A DNA stretch of 64,000 bases, from positions 49,524 through 113,523 of the forward strand of contig DIXK01000096.1 of the NCBI GenBank assembly GCA_002428665.1, read 5' to 3'. The notes under the pieces were generated by a model that searched no databases, was not told the DNA's origin, and saw only the letters and a list, made by a program, of their open reading frames with translations. The position numbers and the translations under genes were made by a program. Source of the DNA: Verrucomicrobia subdivision 3 bacterium UBA6082 (GTDB lineage: Bacteria; Verrucomicrobiota; Verrucomicrobiia; Limisphaerales; UBA8199). Shown one piece after another: positions 18,481 to 27,084 of the stretch (its first letter is position 1; each line of letters begins with the position of its first letter).

Positions 18481-19893
18481 ATGCTCGCCGCCATCGCAAA
18501 CACCTTTACCAACTGTTTCAAAATCCCGGAACTGAAGAGCCGGATTCTGTTCACCCTGATGGTGCTGGCCATCTGCCGCTTGGAGGCGATCATCACCATA
18601 CCGGGTTTGAACGGATCGGTGTTGGCTGAGTTTTTCCGTCAAAAGACGGAGAGCGGTTCGTCCATGCTCGGAATGTACAGCCTCTTTACGGGAGGTGCAC
18701 TGGAGCATTGCGCTATCGGCGCGCTGGGCATCATGCCGTACATCAGCGCGACGATCATCATCCAATTGTTGACGGCGGTTGTTCCCAAACTCAGCAAACT
18801 TGCTCGTGAGGAGGGGGGACGGACAAAAATAATTCAATATGGTCGCTATTTGACCCTCCTGCTCTGCCTGGGGCAGGGCTTTGTGCTTTCCATTGGTTGG
18901 GAACGCCCTGAACAGATCTTCGGCGAGGGCATTGGTCGCTTGGTTTACTACAGTAACGATTTCATCTGGTGGTATCGCATTCAGACGACAATCATTTTAA
19001 CCACTGGCACAATGCTGCTGATGTGGTTAGGCGAGCAGATTACTGAGCGGGGCATCGGCAACGGCGTTTCCCTCGTGATCACCATCGGTATTCTTGCCCG
19101 ATTGCCTCAAGCCGGTATCGCCCTCAAAGATATGTTCCTCCCGGGCGAAGGGCTGGAGGCGCGCTTCAATTTTGGCCACGCAATCGCTTTGGTTCTTCTA
19201 CTGGCGGGCGTTATCGCCGGGGTGATCGCCATTACCCAGGCTCAGCGAAAAATTCCAGTACAGTACGCTCAGCGTGCGGTTGGTCGCAAAGTCTATGCGG
19301 GTGGTACCTCGTTCATGCCGCTCCGGGTCAATTACTCGGGTGTTATGCCGATCATTTTCGCCCAGGCTATTCTGATGTTCCCTCAGAAGATCTTTCTCTT
19401 CCTCGGACGGACTTTAAGTTCAGGCGAAAGCGCAGCTACCAAGTTCTTTTCTGAGTTGTTCATTCGCATAGCCAATAACCTTGGGGAAGGTGCGTTCCTG
19501 TATATCCTCATCTACTCTCTGATGATTCTGTTCTTCTCTTACTTCTGGGTGGCTACGCAGTTTAATGAGCTGCAAATTGCCGATGATTTAAAGAAGAACG
19601 GTGGATACATTCCCGGTGTGCGACCCGGGCAGGCTACGAGTGATTACCTGCATAACGCAATGAGCCGCATCACACTCGCTGGCGCGATCTTCTTGACGGT
19701 CATCGCCGTCATCCCGATTTTGCTTTATTCTGAGTTGCAGATCCCTTACCCGGTGGCCACTTTCTTCGGCGGTACCAGCATGCTCATTTTGGTGGGCGTC
19801 CTGCTGGATACGATGCGCCAAATGGAAACCCACCTGCTGATGCGCCATTATGATGGCTTTCTGAAGAAGGGACGTTTGCGCGGTCGATTTTGA
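18481..19893 (+). CDS. secY: Preprotein translocase subunit SecY
   Basis: 470 aa, about 10 TM segments, 'LGIMPYISATIIIQLL' and 'GGTSMLILVGV' signatures; conserved position after rplO. Confidence 0.96.
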   Translation: MLAAIANTFTNCFKIPELKSRILFTLMVLAICRLEAIITIPGLNGSVLAEFFRQKTESGSSMLGMYSLFTGGALEHCAIGALGIMPYISATIIIQLLTAVVPKLSKLAREEGGRTKIIQYGRYLTLLLCLGQGFVLSIGWERPEQIFGEGIGRLVYYSNDFIWWYRIQTTIILTTGTMLLMWLGEQITERGIGNGVSLVITIGILARLPQAGIALKDMFLPGEGLEARFNFGHAIALVLLLAGVIAGVIAITQAQRKIPVQYAQRAVGRKVYAGGTSFMPLRVNYSGVMPIIFAQAILMFPQKIFLFLGRTLSSGESAATKFFSELFIRIANNLGEGAFLYILIYSLMILFFSYFWVATQFNELQIADDLKKNGGYIPGVRPGQATSDYLHNAMSRITLAGAIFLTVIAVIPILLYSELQIPYPVATFFGGTSMLILVGVLLDTMRQMETHLLMRHYDGFLKKGRLRGRF

Positions 19894-20005
19894 AAGCTTG
19901 TTCTTTGGCACTACGTTATCTGTGGTTTGGGTTTGACCTTTGCTGGAATCAGTCGCAGTTGCAAAGTGATGACTTCTCTTTAGGTGTTAATCTCTGAGAG
20001 ACATA

Positions 20006-20779
20006 ATGATTATTCTGAAAAACGAACGTGACCTTGAGGCCATGCGACCAGCCTGCAGGCTGGCCGCCACCGTGCTTGATGAGGTTGCCTCGTTTGTCAG
20101 ACCTGGGATTACTACCAAGGAGGTGGATGATTACGCCGGTTCGCGCATTAAGCACTACGGGGCGCGAAGCGCGTTCTTGGGTTACCGGAAATACCCCTGC
20201 CAGATCTGTATTTCAGTCAATGAGCAGGTGGTACACGGCATGGCTAGCAGCCGCGTGCTGAACTTCGGTGAAATCGTCAGTCTAGACGTTGGGGTTGTCT
20301 TCAATGGTTTCGTGGGAGACAATGCTCGCACCGTTTCTGTAGGGGGGTGTGGCCTCATCGAGCAGAAACTGATGGATGTGACCGAGAAGTCACTGTACGA
20401 GGGAATTGCTCAAGCCATTGCAGGGAATAGGGTTGTGGACATCTCTCGCGCCATTCAGACGTATGTTGAGGGCAATGGTTTCAGCATTGTCCGCGAGTTT
20501 GTCGGCCATGGTGTCGGTCGTTCCATGCACGAGGAACCTCAGGTTCCGAATTTTGTCGAGGGTCGGTCGTCACCGAAATTGAGACCAGGAATGACGATCG
20601 CTATCGAACCTATGGTAAATGCCGGGTTACCGGGCGTAAAAATCCTGAATGATGGCTGGACAGTCGTCACTCAAGATGGTTCATTATCGGCCCATTTTGA
20701 GCACACGGTACTGATTACCGAAAAAGAGCCGGAGATCCTCACATGGCCGGAGAACGTGGCTTTCAGGTCGAAGGCCTGA
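20006..20779 (+). CDS. map: Type I methionyl aminopeptidase
   Basis: Metal ligand blocks 'VVHGMAS...VSLDVGVVFNGFVGD', 'FVGHGVG', 'IAIEPMV', 'AHFEHTVLIT'. Confidence 0.95.
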   Translation: MIILKNERDLEAMRPACRLAATVLDEVASFVRPGITTKEVDDYAGSRIKHYGARSAFLGYRKYPCQICISVNEQVVHGMASSRVLNFGEIVSLDVGVVFNGFVGDNARTVSVGGCGLIEQKLMDVTEKSLYEGIAQAIAGNRVVDISRAIQTYVEGNGFSIVREFVGHGVGRSMHEEPQVPNFVEGRSSPKLRPGMTIAIEPMVNAGLPGVKILNDGWTVVTQDGSLSAHFEHTVLITEKEPEILTWPENVAFRSKA

Positions 20780-20961
20780 TCCTGGAAGTGCTGGATAACG
20801 GCACGTGCAGTGTCGAATTGGCCAACGGTCATCGGCTCAGGGGTTTTGTTGCCGGCAAATGCCGGCGGGCATCGATAAAACTAGTGCCAGGTCAGAAAGT
20901 ATTGTTGCAGTTGTCACCCTACGACTTGTCCGAGGGTCGCATTCTGACACAGAAACGTTAG
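20743..20961 (+). CDS. infA: Translation initiation factor IF-1
   Basis: 72 aa S1-like fold with '[55 protein letters not shown]'. It overlaps the map 3' end by 37 nt. Confidence 0.9.
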   Translation: MAGERGFQVEGLILEVLDNGTCSVELANGHRLRGFVAGKCRRASIKLVPGQKVLLQLSPYDLSEGRILTQKR

Positions 20962-20971
20962 AGTTGAATTT

Positions 20972-21085
20972 ATGAAAGTCCGCGCATCTGTAAAAAAACT
21001 TTGCGAAAATTGTAAGATCATTCGTCGCAAAGGTGTCATTCGTGTGATTTGCACCAATGCACGTCACAAGCAGCGTCAAGGCTAG
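20972..21085 (+). CDS. rpmJ: 50S ribosomal protein bL36 (zinc form); absent from the ORF track
   Basis: Hand translation gives [37 protein letters not shown], with ATG at 20972 and TAG at 21083-21085. It lies between infA and rpsM as in most bacteria. Confidence 0.95.
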   Translation: MKVRASVKKLCENCKIIRRKGVIRVICTNARHKQRQG

Positions 21086-21117
21086 GCCTTACCTGGAAAC
21101 TTTTACTGAACTGATAT

Positions 21118-21513
21118 ATGGCTCGTATTATTGGTGTTGAGATTCCGCCGCAGAAGCGGATTGATATTGCACTCCGTTACATCTACGGTATCGGCCCCAC
21201 CAACGCGAAAGAGGTTCTGGCTCGGGCAAAAATTGACCCCAGCATTCGGGCGAAGGACCTCACGGAGCAGCAGCTCTCACAAATCGTTCACGCGATTCAG
21301 GATGGCAAATATGTCATCGAGGGTGACTTGCGACGTGAAATCGGCATGAATCTTAAGCGCATGCAGGGCATCAAGTGCTACCGGGGTGTCCGTCATCTCC
21401 GCGGCTTGCCTGTTCGTGGTCAGCGCACCCAAACTAACGCTCGTACTCGTAAGGGGCCGCGCAAGACTGTAGGCGTGGTTCGCAACCCGGGTGCCAAGAC
21501 CGGCATTCACTAA
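21118..21513 (+). CDS. rpsM: 30S ribosomal protein uS13
   Basis: [26 protein letters not shown]... Confidence 0.97.
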   Translation: MARIIGVEIPPQKRIDIALRYIYGIGPTNAKEVLARAKIDPSIRAKDLTEQQLSQIVHAIQDGKYVIEGDLRREIGMNLKRMQGIKCYRGVRHLRGLPVRGQRTQTNARTRKGPRKTVGVVRNPGAKTGIH

Positions 21514-21537
21514 GCCCATTACATTCTCTAATATCCT

Positions 21538-22179
21538 ATGGCTGAAGAAACGAAAAAGAAGGCCGCTCCCAAAAAGGAAGCCAAACCTGAAACTGCAGGA
21601 GAAAAGCCTGCCAAGACACCCGCAGCTGAAGGTCAGCCCGCAAAGCCTTCTAAGAAGGCGGCCGCACCCGCTGCCGACGCCGGCGCCGCACCTGCGGCCG
21701 AAGCTCCAAAGCCTGGTGAAACCGCTCCCGCAACTCCTGCCGTTCCGGTCGCAGGTGCCGCTCCTACCGCGGCGGAATTGCTCGCCGACGACATGGCGGG
21801 TAAGAAAATCGTCAAGGCCAAAGGAGCGAAGAACATCGTTAGCGGAATCGCCAATATCCTGGCGACTTTCAATAACACCCAGGTCAGCATCACGGACATG
21901 CAGGGTCATGTGATCGGATGGTCCACTGCCGGGCGAGTTGGTTTCAAAGGTTCCCGCAAAAGCACGGCCTACGCGGCTCAGCAGGTCGCCCAGGATGCCG
22001 CCCGCCAGGCCATGTCACACGGCATGAAGGAAATCGAGGTTCGTGTGAAGGGACCCGGCTCCGGTCGCGAGTCAGCCATTCGCGCCCTGCAAGCAATCGG
22101 CTTGGAAATCACCACGATCAAGGACGTCACCCCTGTGCCACATAATGGCTGCCGTCCCCGGAAGAAACGCCGCGTCTGA
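21538..22179 (+). CDS. rpsK: 30S ribosomal protein uS11 with an about 85-aa A/P/K/E-rich N-terminal extension
   Basis: The core is '[21 protein letters not shown]...[14 protein letters not shown]...[11 protein letters not shown]'. A canonical-length protein would start at the internal ATG 21793 ([11 protein letters not shown]...). The preceding 255 nt are one open, GC-rich, codon-like frame starting 24 nt after rpsM. Confidence 0.9.
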   Translation: MAEETKKKAAPKKEAKPETAGEKPAKTPAAEGQPAKPSKKAAAPAADAGAAPAAEAPKPGETAPATPAVPVAGAAPTAAELLADDMAGKKIVKAKGAKNIVSGIANILATFNNTQVSITDMQGHVIGWSTAGRVGFKGSRKSTAYAAQQVAQDAARQAMSHGMKEIEVRVKGPGSGRESAIRALQAIGLEITTIKDVTPVPHNGCRPRKKRRV

Positions 22180-22214
22180 TCCATCAACCGCAACTTTTCA
22201 AATCTTTTTAGACA

Positions 22215-22823
22215 ATGGCTCGTTATACAGGTCCTCGCGTTCGCATCAGCCGCCGGTTCGGCGTGCCGATTTTTGGTCCCTCGAAATACCTTGAACGCCG
22301 TAATTATGGCCCGGGCGTTCATGGCCCCAAATCCCGTCGCAAGCACACCGACTATGCTCTCGGGCTCATCGAGAAGCAGAAGCTCCGTTATTATTACGGA
22401 CTGCTCGAACGGCAGTTCCGAGGTGTTTACGAACGTGCGCTCCGTCGGCGCGGCGTCACGGGCGAGCACATGCTTCAGATTCTCGAGACGCGATTGGATA
22501 ATGTTTGCTACCATCTCGGTTTCTCGAATACGCGCGCCGGGGCACGGCAGTTGGTCGCTCACGGGCACGTAAAAGTGAACGGGCGGAAGGTAAACATTCC
22601 CTCCTACGGATTGAAGGTCAACGATTCCGTGGAAATCAAGAATAGCAACGCGGCTCGTCAATTGGCCTCACGCAACCTCGAAATGTCCACCAGCAGGGCG
22701 GTTCCGGATTGGCTTTCGCTCGACAAAGAAGCCCTGAAGGGTGTTGTCATGCGTATTCCGACCCGCGATGAGATACAGCCGATTGCCAATGAACAGGCGG
22801 TCGTCGAATTTTATTCCCGTTAG
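22215..22823 (+). CDS. rpsD: 30S ribosomal protein uS4
   Basis: MARYTGPRVRISRRFG...; S4 RNA-binding domain 'LETRLDNVCYHLGF..TRAGARQLVAHGHVKVNG'. Confidence 0.97.
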   Translation: MARYTGPRVRISRRFGVPIFGPSKYLERRNYGPGVHGPKSRRKHTDYALGLIEKQKLRYYYGLLERQFRGVYERALRRRGVTGEHMLQILETRLDNVCYHLGFSNTRAGARQLVAHGHVKVNGRKVNIPSYGLKVNDSVEIKNSNAARQLASRNLEMSTSRAVPDWLSLDKEALKGVVMRIPTRDEIQPIANEQAVVEFYSR

Positions 22824-22965
22824 TGAGTAAACGGTCTGAAGGGATTCAGCGGGGCGGTCAGGAGTCCTGGCGCTCTGTAAATCCTGTAAGCCATAAACAA
22901 TTATATGGGTCTCTGGGCGTGGGAATAAACCCGGTAGGCCAGATTAAAATTGTTGAAAGGTAACT

Positions 22966-23988
22966 ATGCCAGTACGACTAGGTCGCTTTGAAATGCCAAA
23001 AAGGTTGGTGAAGGAGGAATCCTCAGCCACCGAAACCTATGCCAAGTTTCTCGCCGAACCCTTTGAAACGGGTTACGGCCACACCATCGGCAACTCCATT
23101 CGCCGCGTCTTGCTCTCTTCTCTGGAGGGGGCGGCCATTAGCTCCATCAAGGTGGATGGTGCCATGCACGAGTTTGCCACCATCGAAGGTGTTGTCGAGG
23201 ATGTCACCGACATCGTTCTGAATTTAAAGAAGATCCTGTTTAAGGCTCACAACCGCGAACAGCAGACAGTGCTTCTCTCCGTGAACAAAGAAGGCGCCGT
23301 GACCGCCGCCGACATCCAGTTGGTTCAGAATCTGGAGATCGTCAATCCCCAACAGCATATCTGTACTCTCGACAAGAAAAAGAAGTTCGAGATGGAGTTG
23401 GAAATTAAGGTGGGTCGTGGTTACCTCCCGGGCGACGAAAACAAGAAACCCAATCAGCCCATCGGGGTCATCGCTATTGACTCCCTTTTCTCCCCCGTAA
23501 CCCGGGTGCGGTACGCCGTGGAGAATGCTCGTGTAGGTCAGCGCACTGATTATGACCGCCTCCTTCTCGAGATCTGGACGGATGGACGCATCTCTCCCGA
23601 CGATGCCCTGACACAAGCCTCCGCGATTCTCCAGCATCACTTGGACGTCTTCGTGGGGTACGACAAGAATGCGGTCGAGTTTGAAGAGGTTGTCGACCGA
23701 CAGGACGAGGAGAAGAGCAAACTCAAGAAACTGCTCAACATGAGCGTCAATGAAATCGAGCTCAGCGTTCGCGCCGCCAACTGCCTCAACAACGCCAACA
23801 TCACTACCGTCGGTCAGTTGGCGATGAAGAGTGAGCAGGAAATGCTCAAGTACCGCAATTTTGGAAAGAAATCTCTGAATGAAATCAAGGATAAGCTTTC
23901 CGCTCTCGGCCTTTCTCTCGGCATGAGTTTCGAGCCGGAGTTGCTCGATTCCCCGAAGGAAGATCCGGCTCTCACCCTCAACCGGTAA
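22966..23988 (+). CDS. rpoA: DNA-directed RNA polymerase subunit alpha
   Basis: 340 aa. N-terminal domain 'GYGHTIGNSIRRVLLSSLEGAAI' and C-terminal domain 'IELSVRAANCLNNANITTVGQL...YRNFGKKSLNEIK'. Confidence 0.97.
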   Translation: MPVRLGRFEMPKRLVKEESSATETYAKFLAEPFETGYGHTIGNSIRRVLLSSLEGAAISSIKVDGAMHEFATIEGVVEDVTDIVLNLKKILFKAHNREQQTVLLSVNKEGAVTAADIQLVQNLEIVNPQQHICTLDKKKKFEMELEIKVGRGYLPGDENKKPNQPIGVIAIDSLFSPVTRVRYAVENARVGQRTDYDRLLLEIWTDGRISPDDALTQASAILQHHLDVFVGYDKNAVEFEEVVDRQDEEKSKLKKLLNMSVNEIELSVRAANCLNNANITTVGQLAMKSEQEMLKYRNFGKKSLNEIKDKLSALGLSLGMSFEPELLDSPKEDPALTLNR

Positions 23989-23998
23989 ATAACTTTTT

Positions 23999-24421
23999 AT
24001 GCGACATCTTAAGCGAACGGCCAAGTTGGGCCGCACAGGCCAGCACCGGAACGCTATGCTGGCCAACCTAGTCTGCAGCCTCATCAAGCACAAGCGTGTT
24101 ACCACCTCTTTGGCCAAAGCCAAGGCAGCTCGCTCGGTGGCTGAGAAAATGGTGACTCTCGGCAAGAGTGGTACTATTCACGATCGGCGCCTCGCGGTCG
24201 CCCGCCTGCATCAGGAAGACGTCGTGAAGATCCTCTTCACTGAGATCGCACCGGCCCAGAAGGAGCGTCGGGGCGGTTATACCCGGATAGTCAAGCTCGG
24301 CCAGCGCCAGGGTGACGCAGGCCAAAAGGCTATTCTTGAATGGGTCGAGTTGTCCGCCGCCACGCCTCTGGCTACAGAAACCAAGACTACTGAAGAGGCC
24401 AAACCGGCTGAATCCAAGTAA
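23999..24421 (+). CDS. rplQ: 50S ribosomal protein bL17
   Basis: MRHLKRTAKLGRTGQHRNAMLANL...GGYTRIVKLG. Confidence 0.96.
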   Translation: MRHLKRTAKLGRTGQHRNAMLANLVCSLIKHKRVTTSLAKAKAARSVAEKMVTLGKSGTIHDRRLAVARLHQEDVVKILFTEIAPAQKERRGGYTRIVKLGQRQGDAGQKAILEWVELSAATPLATETKTTEEAKPAESK

Positions 24422-24438
24422 TCACTTTCTCCATCGCA

Positions 24439-24471
24439 AACCCGTCCGTGACCCGGACGGGTTCTTTTTTT
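24439..24471 (+). terminator. Rho-independent terminator ending the ribosomal/rpoA supercluster
   Basis: Stem ACCCGTCCG (24440-24448), loop TGACC, CGGACGGGT (24454-24462), followed by C and then TTTTTTT (24465-24471). It lies 18 nt after the rplQ stop. Confidence 0.85.
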
Positions 24472-24536
24472 GGGTGCATCCTCCAAGGTCGGAGGACTGG
24501 AGTCCCGTCGCTCGTGTCGAATTTTCTTAGCGAGGA

Positions 24537-25847
24537 TCAAAGTCTCAGGAAAATCTTCCTTCGATATAGAAAACGGACGAAACAGAAAACCAGCAGTAGT
24601 CCCACGAAGGAAACCACTAGATCACCTGCGCCTGTGGCAACGGAATCATTGAGTAATCTCCGCACCCCTCCGCCTACGAAAAGTTCCGCAAGCGAGCGAA
24701 ATCCGCCAAGAATATGGCTGACCACGTAAATGGTGATCGAATTCGTGCCCACCCACACAAACGGCTGGCACCACCACTTAAATTTCCAGAGGTCGACAAC
24801 CAGGTAAAACAGTGCCAACAGGATTGCACTATAGCCGCCGGCGACCAATACAAAGGAGGACGTCCAGATCTTCTTGATTACGGGAAACTGCAAATTCCAG
24901 AGCCATCCCAATGCCACGCCGGCCAACCCGAGGCCCACCAGTAGAAGCACTTTCCTCATTTCCGGCACACCCTGGCTTCGCAACAGCAAGCCGGCGAACA
25001 CTCCTAGCAGGCAGGTGGCCACCGCTGGGAAGGTACTCAAGAGACCTTCCGGATCGAAAAACACATCATATTTTCGGCCGGGCAAGAAGCGGAAATCAAA
25101 ATGGTTAGCCAGGTTATGGCCCTTTCCAAACTGACCAGTGATGCGGTTGGTGGTGTTTTTAAACAAACGTTCCGCCGCTGCCCACGCTGGGCTTCCCGCT
25201 ATTGCTGACGGATTTCCGACAGCATTTAACAAATCTGCAGCCTCCGCGTCCCCCCTTTCCACGGCCAATTGGGCCAAAGCCGGTTTGGTCAATTGAACAT
25301 CCCGGATAGGTACACTCGTCAGCAAAGCCCAGTAGCCTGCGAGCAGCAGAATGGTGATTCCCGCCAATGTTCGGGGCTTGAACAGGCAGAACAGGAGACC
25401 CGTTGCGCCATAGACCAATGCGATCCGGTTCAAGACGCCCATCAGTCGCAGATCCGGCCATTCACTGCTGAGCCCGCCCGAATAGAGAATGCCAATCACG
25501 AAAAGCAGGACCGTCCGGCGCGCCACCCGTGTCACGGCACCGGCCATTCCATGCTCCGTAAGCGTGCGGTTCAGGGAGAACACCAGGGAGACACCCACAA
25601 TAAAAATGAAGAGAGGGAAGATCAAATCGTAGAACCTGAACCCTTCCCATTCTACATGCTCTAATTGGCTTGCCAGGAAACGCGTGGTTTCGGTTTGGCT
25701 CATTCGATTCAGTGCATAAACAAGGGAACTCGCTCCAACGATCCAGAACATATCGAATCCCCTGAGAGCGTCCACCGACATAAGTCGTTGCGCGCCAGCC
25801 GGGTCTTCGGGACAGGTTGTGGGCAGGGATGAAAGCGGAGTTATCAT
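24537..25847 (-). CDS. Polytopic membrane acyltransferase-like protein (DUF5009/DUF1624, heparan-alpha-glucosaminide N-acetyltransferase-like)
   Basis: 436 aa with at least 10 predicted TM helices. The N-terminal 'SVDALRGFDMFWIVGA' motif is characteristic of this family. Confidence 0.65.
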   Translation of the reverse strand: MITPLSSLPTTCPEDPAGAQRLMSVDALRGFDMFWIVGASSLVYALNRMSQTETTRFLASQLEHVEWEGFRFYDLIFPLFIFIVGVSLVFSLNRTLTEHGMAGAVTRVARRTVLLFVIGILYSGGLSSEWPDLRLMGVLNRIALVYGATGLLFCLFKPRTLAGITILLLAGYWALLTSVPIRDVQLTKPALAQLAVERGDAEAADLLNAVGNPSAIAGSPAWAAAERLFKNTTNRITGQFGKGHNLANHFDFRFLPGRKYDVFFDPEGLLSTFPAVATCLLGVFAGLLLRSQGVPEMRKVLLLVGLGLAGVALGWLWNLQFPVIKKIWTSSFVLVAGGYSAILLALFYLVVDLWKFKWWCQPFVWVGTNSITIYVVSHILGGFRSLAELFVGGGVRRLLNDSVATGAGDLVVSFVGLLLVFCFVRFLYRRKIFLRL

Positions 25848-25922
25848 ACAATGTCACTCGGGATCGATTCGGTGAGGCCATCTGCTTTCGTGGAGCACCA
25901 TGCCGCCAATTTGGTAGTTCAG

Positions 25923-26213
25923 TTAGCCCCAACGAAACCAAAAAGCGATGAATACCAGGATGAGCACCACGGCGACCAGCCACCATGCCCAATGAACACC
26001 CCTTGGCACAGAACCTTCCTGATCAAACTCCCGTTTCACAAACTCTTCGTAGTCGAAGTTTTCGTCTGGAATTCCCAGGTTATCGGCATGCGCTGCGTCG
26101 GACCATCCGGTTTCCTCATCGGAACCGCACTCTGGGCACGCTTTCGATCCTGCAGGAACTGGGGCGCCACAGTTGGGGCAAGTGTCCGGCGGCATCCTAA
26201 ACCTCAAGCGCAA
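25923..26213 (-). CDS. Zinc-ribbon protein with C-terminal TM anchor
   Basis: 'CPNCGAPVPAGSKACPECG' (CxxC-x11-CxxC), an acidic linker, and the C-terminal TM segment WAWWLVAVVLILVFIAFWF. Confidence 0.6.
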   Translation of the reverse strand: MRLRFRMPPDTCPNCGAPVPAGSKACPECGSDEETGWSDAAHADNLGIPDENFDYEEFVKREFDQEGSVPRGVHWAWWLVAVVLILVFIAFWFRWG

Positions 26214-26237
26214 GCTGCGGCAACACCTGAACAGGGG

Positions 26238-26999
26238 CTATCCGACGCCGGCATACTCCTCGTCGGTCTTCAGGTTTAGGCTCATCAGCACGTAGTCGTG
26301 GGTAATTGCCTGCATATCCTTCACATAATCCGGCAAGCGAAGCAGGTTGCTGAAACCCAGCATTGCAAACATCTTGATGGCGGCTTCCTGTTCGCCGATG
26401 AACTCGGCTTCAACCCTCTCCAAACCTACCCCCCGAGCTATCGCTGAAATCTCTTTTACCAGCGCACGCGCGAGACCCCGCCCGCGAAACGGTGGCAGCA
26501 CTAGGACGCTCACGCGGCCGACATGGCGTTTCCACCCTCCGAGTTGTTGGTGAAGCGTCGCGGTGCCCGCGATTTGCCCATTCTTGACCGCCAACAGCGG
26601 CAGGTTTCGGCCCAAATCAATGTTGCGACACCAATCCTTAATTATCTTCGGGTCCGAGACGCGGTGCTTTATAAACATGCGCTCGGCCTCGGGAACTGAC
26701 TGAAAGAACTCGTAGAAAGTTTTCTCATCATGAGTCTGCAACGGCCTTAGGAGAAGCTTGGAACTATCCTTGAGCGCGATTTCCTTGGGAAAACGTTGGA
26801 GTTCAAAATCAAGCGACATAGGGTCTAATTGGTTTGCTGCCAGACTGTCGAAGCCAATGGCTGAATGCAAGTCTCCAGATGGGCCTTCTCCAGCCAGGGA
26901 CCGCGCGGGCAGGTGAGATGCGGGAACCTCGCGGACAGCTGCTAGTTTCGCCAGGCATCGTTTGCATGACGGCCCACTTTTGTTTTTGCCCCTCGGCAC
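26238..26999 (-). CDS. GNAT-family N-acetyltransferase
   Basis: Acetyl-CoA-binding block 'VLVLPPFRGRGLARALVKEI'. The first 60 codons are atypical (R/K/C-rich), so the ATG at 26819 (MSLDFELQRF...) is a plausible alternative start. Confidence 0.8.
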   Translation of the reverse strand: MPRGKNKSGPSCKRCLAKLAAVREVPASHLPARSLAGEGPSGDLHSAIGFDSLAANQLDPMSLDFELQRFPKEIALKDSSKLLLRPLQTHDEKTFYEFFQSVPEAERMFIKHRVSDPKIIKDWCRNIDLGRNLPLLAVKNGQIAGTATLHQQLGGWKRHVGRVSVLVLPPFRGRGLARALVKEISAIARGVGLERVEAEFIGEQEAAIKMFAMLGFSNLLRLPDYVKDMQAITHDYVLMSLNLKTDEEYAGVG

Positions 27000-27084
27000 G
27001 CAAAGTGAAACTTTTTCGTGACGTCCTCGCTTGCTCTGACTAAGGTTCTGGCGCTCGAATCAGACTTTCGAATCCAGACTGGCC

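Noticed and set aside
19894-20005. secY-map spacer, checked for an adk remnant or a small gene.
   Set aside because: It is only 112 nt, and I saw no adenylate-kinase-like frame (no GxPGxGKGT-type P-loop) in it.
22824-22965. 142-nt rpsD-rpoA spacer, inspected for a structured regulatory RNA.
   Set aside because: It contains only short 5-bp hairpins (for example CTGAA-GGGA-TTCAG). Nothing is strong enough to call without comparative data.
23224-24165. 313-aa ORF antisense to rpoA/rplQ. Similar long antisense ORFs occur at 14937..15743 (268 aa), 12579..13214 (211 aa), 10898..11527 (209 aa), 21277..21909 (210 aa), 35768..36475 (235 aa), 43900..44559 (219 aa), 47374..48198 (274 aa), 59104..59796 (230 aa) and 61056..61787 (243 aa).
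   Set aside because: Each lies entirely opposite a gene with unmistakable conserved motifs. Their products are Arg/Leu/Gly-rich with no recognisable motifs. This is the usual shadow-ORF pattern in GC-rich coding DNA.
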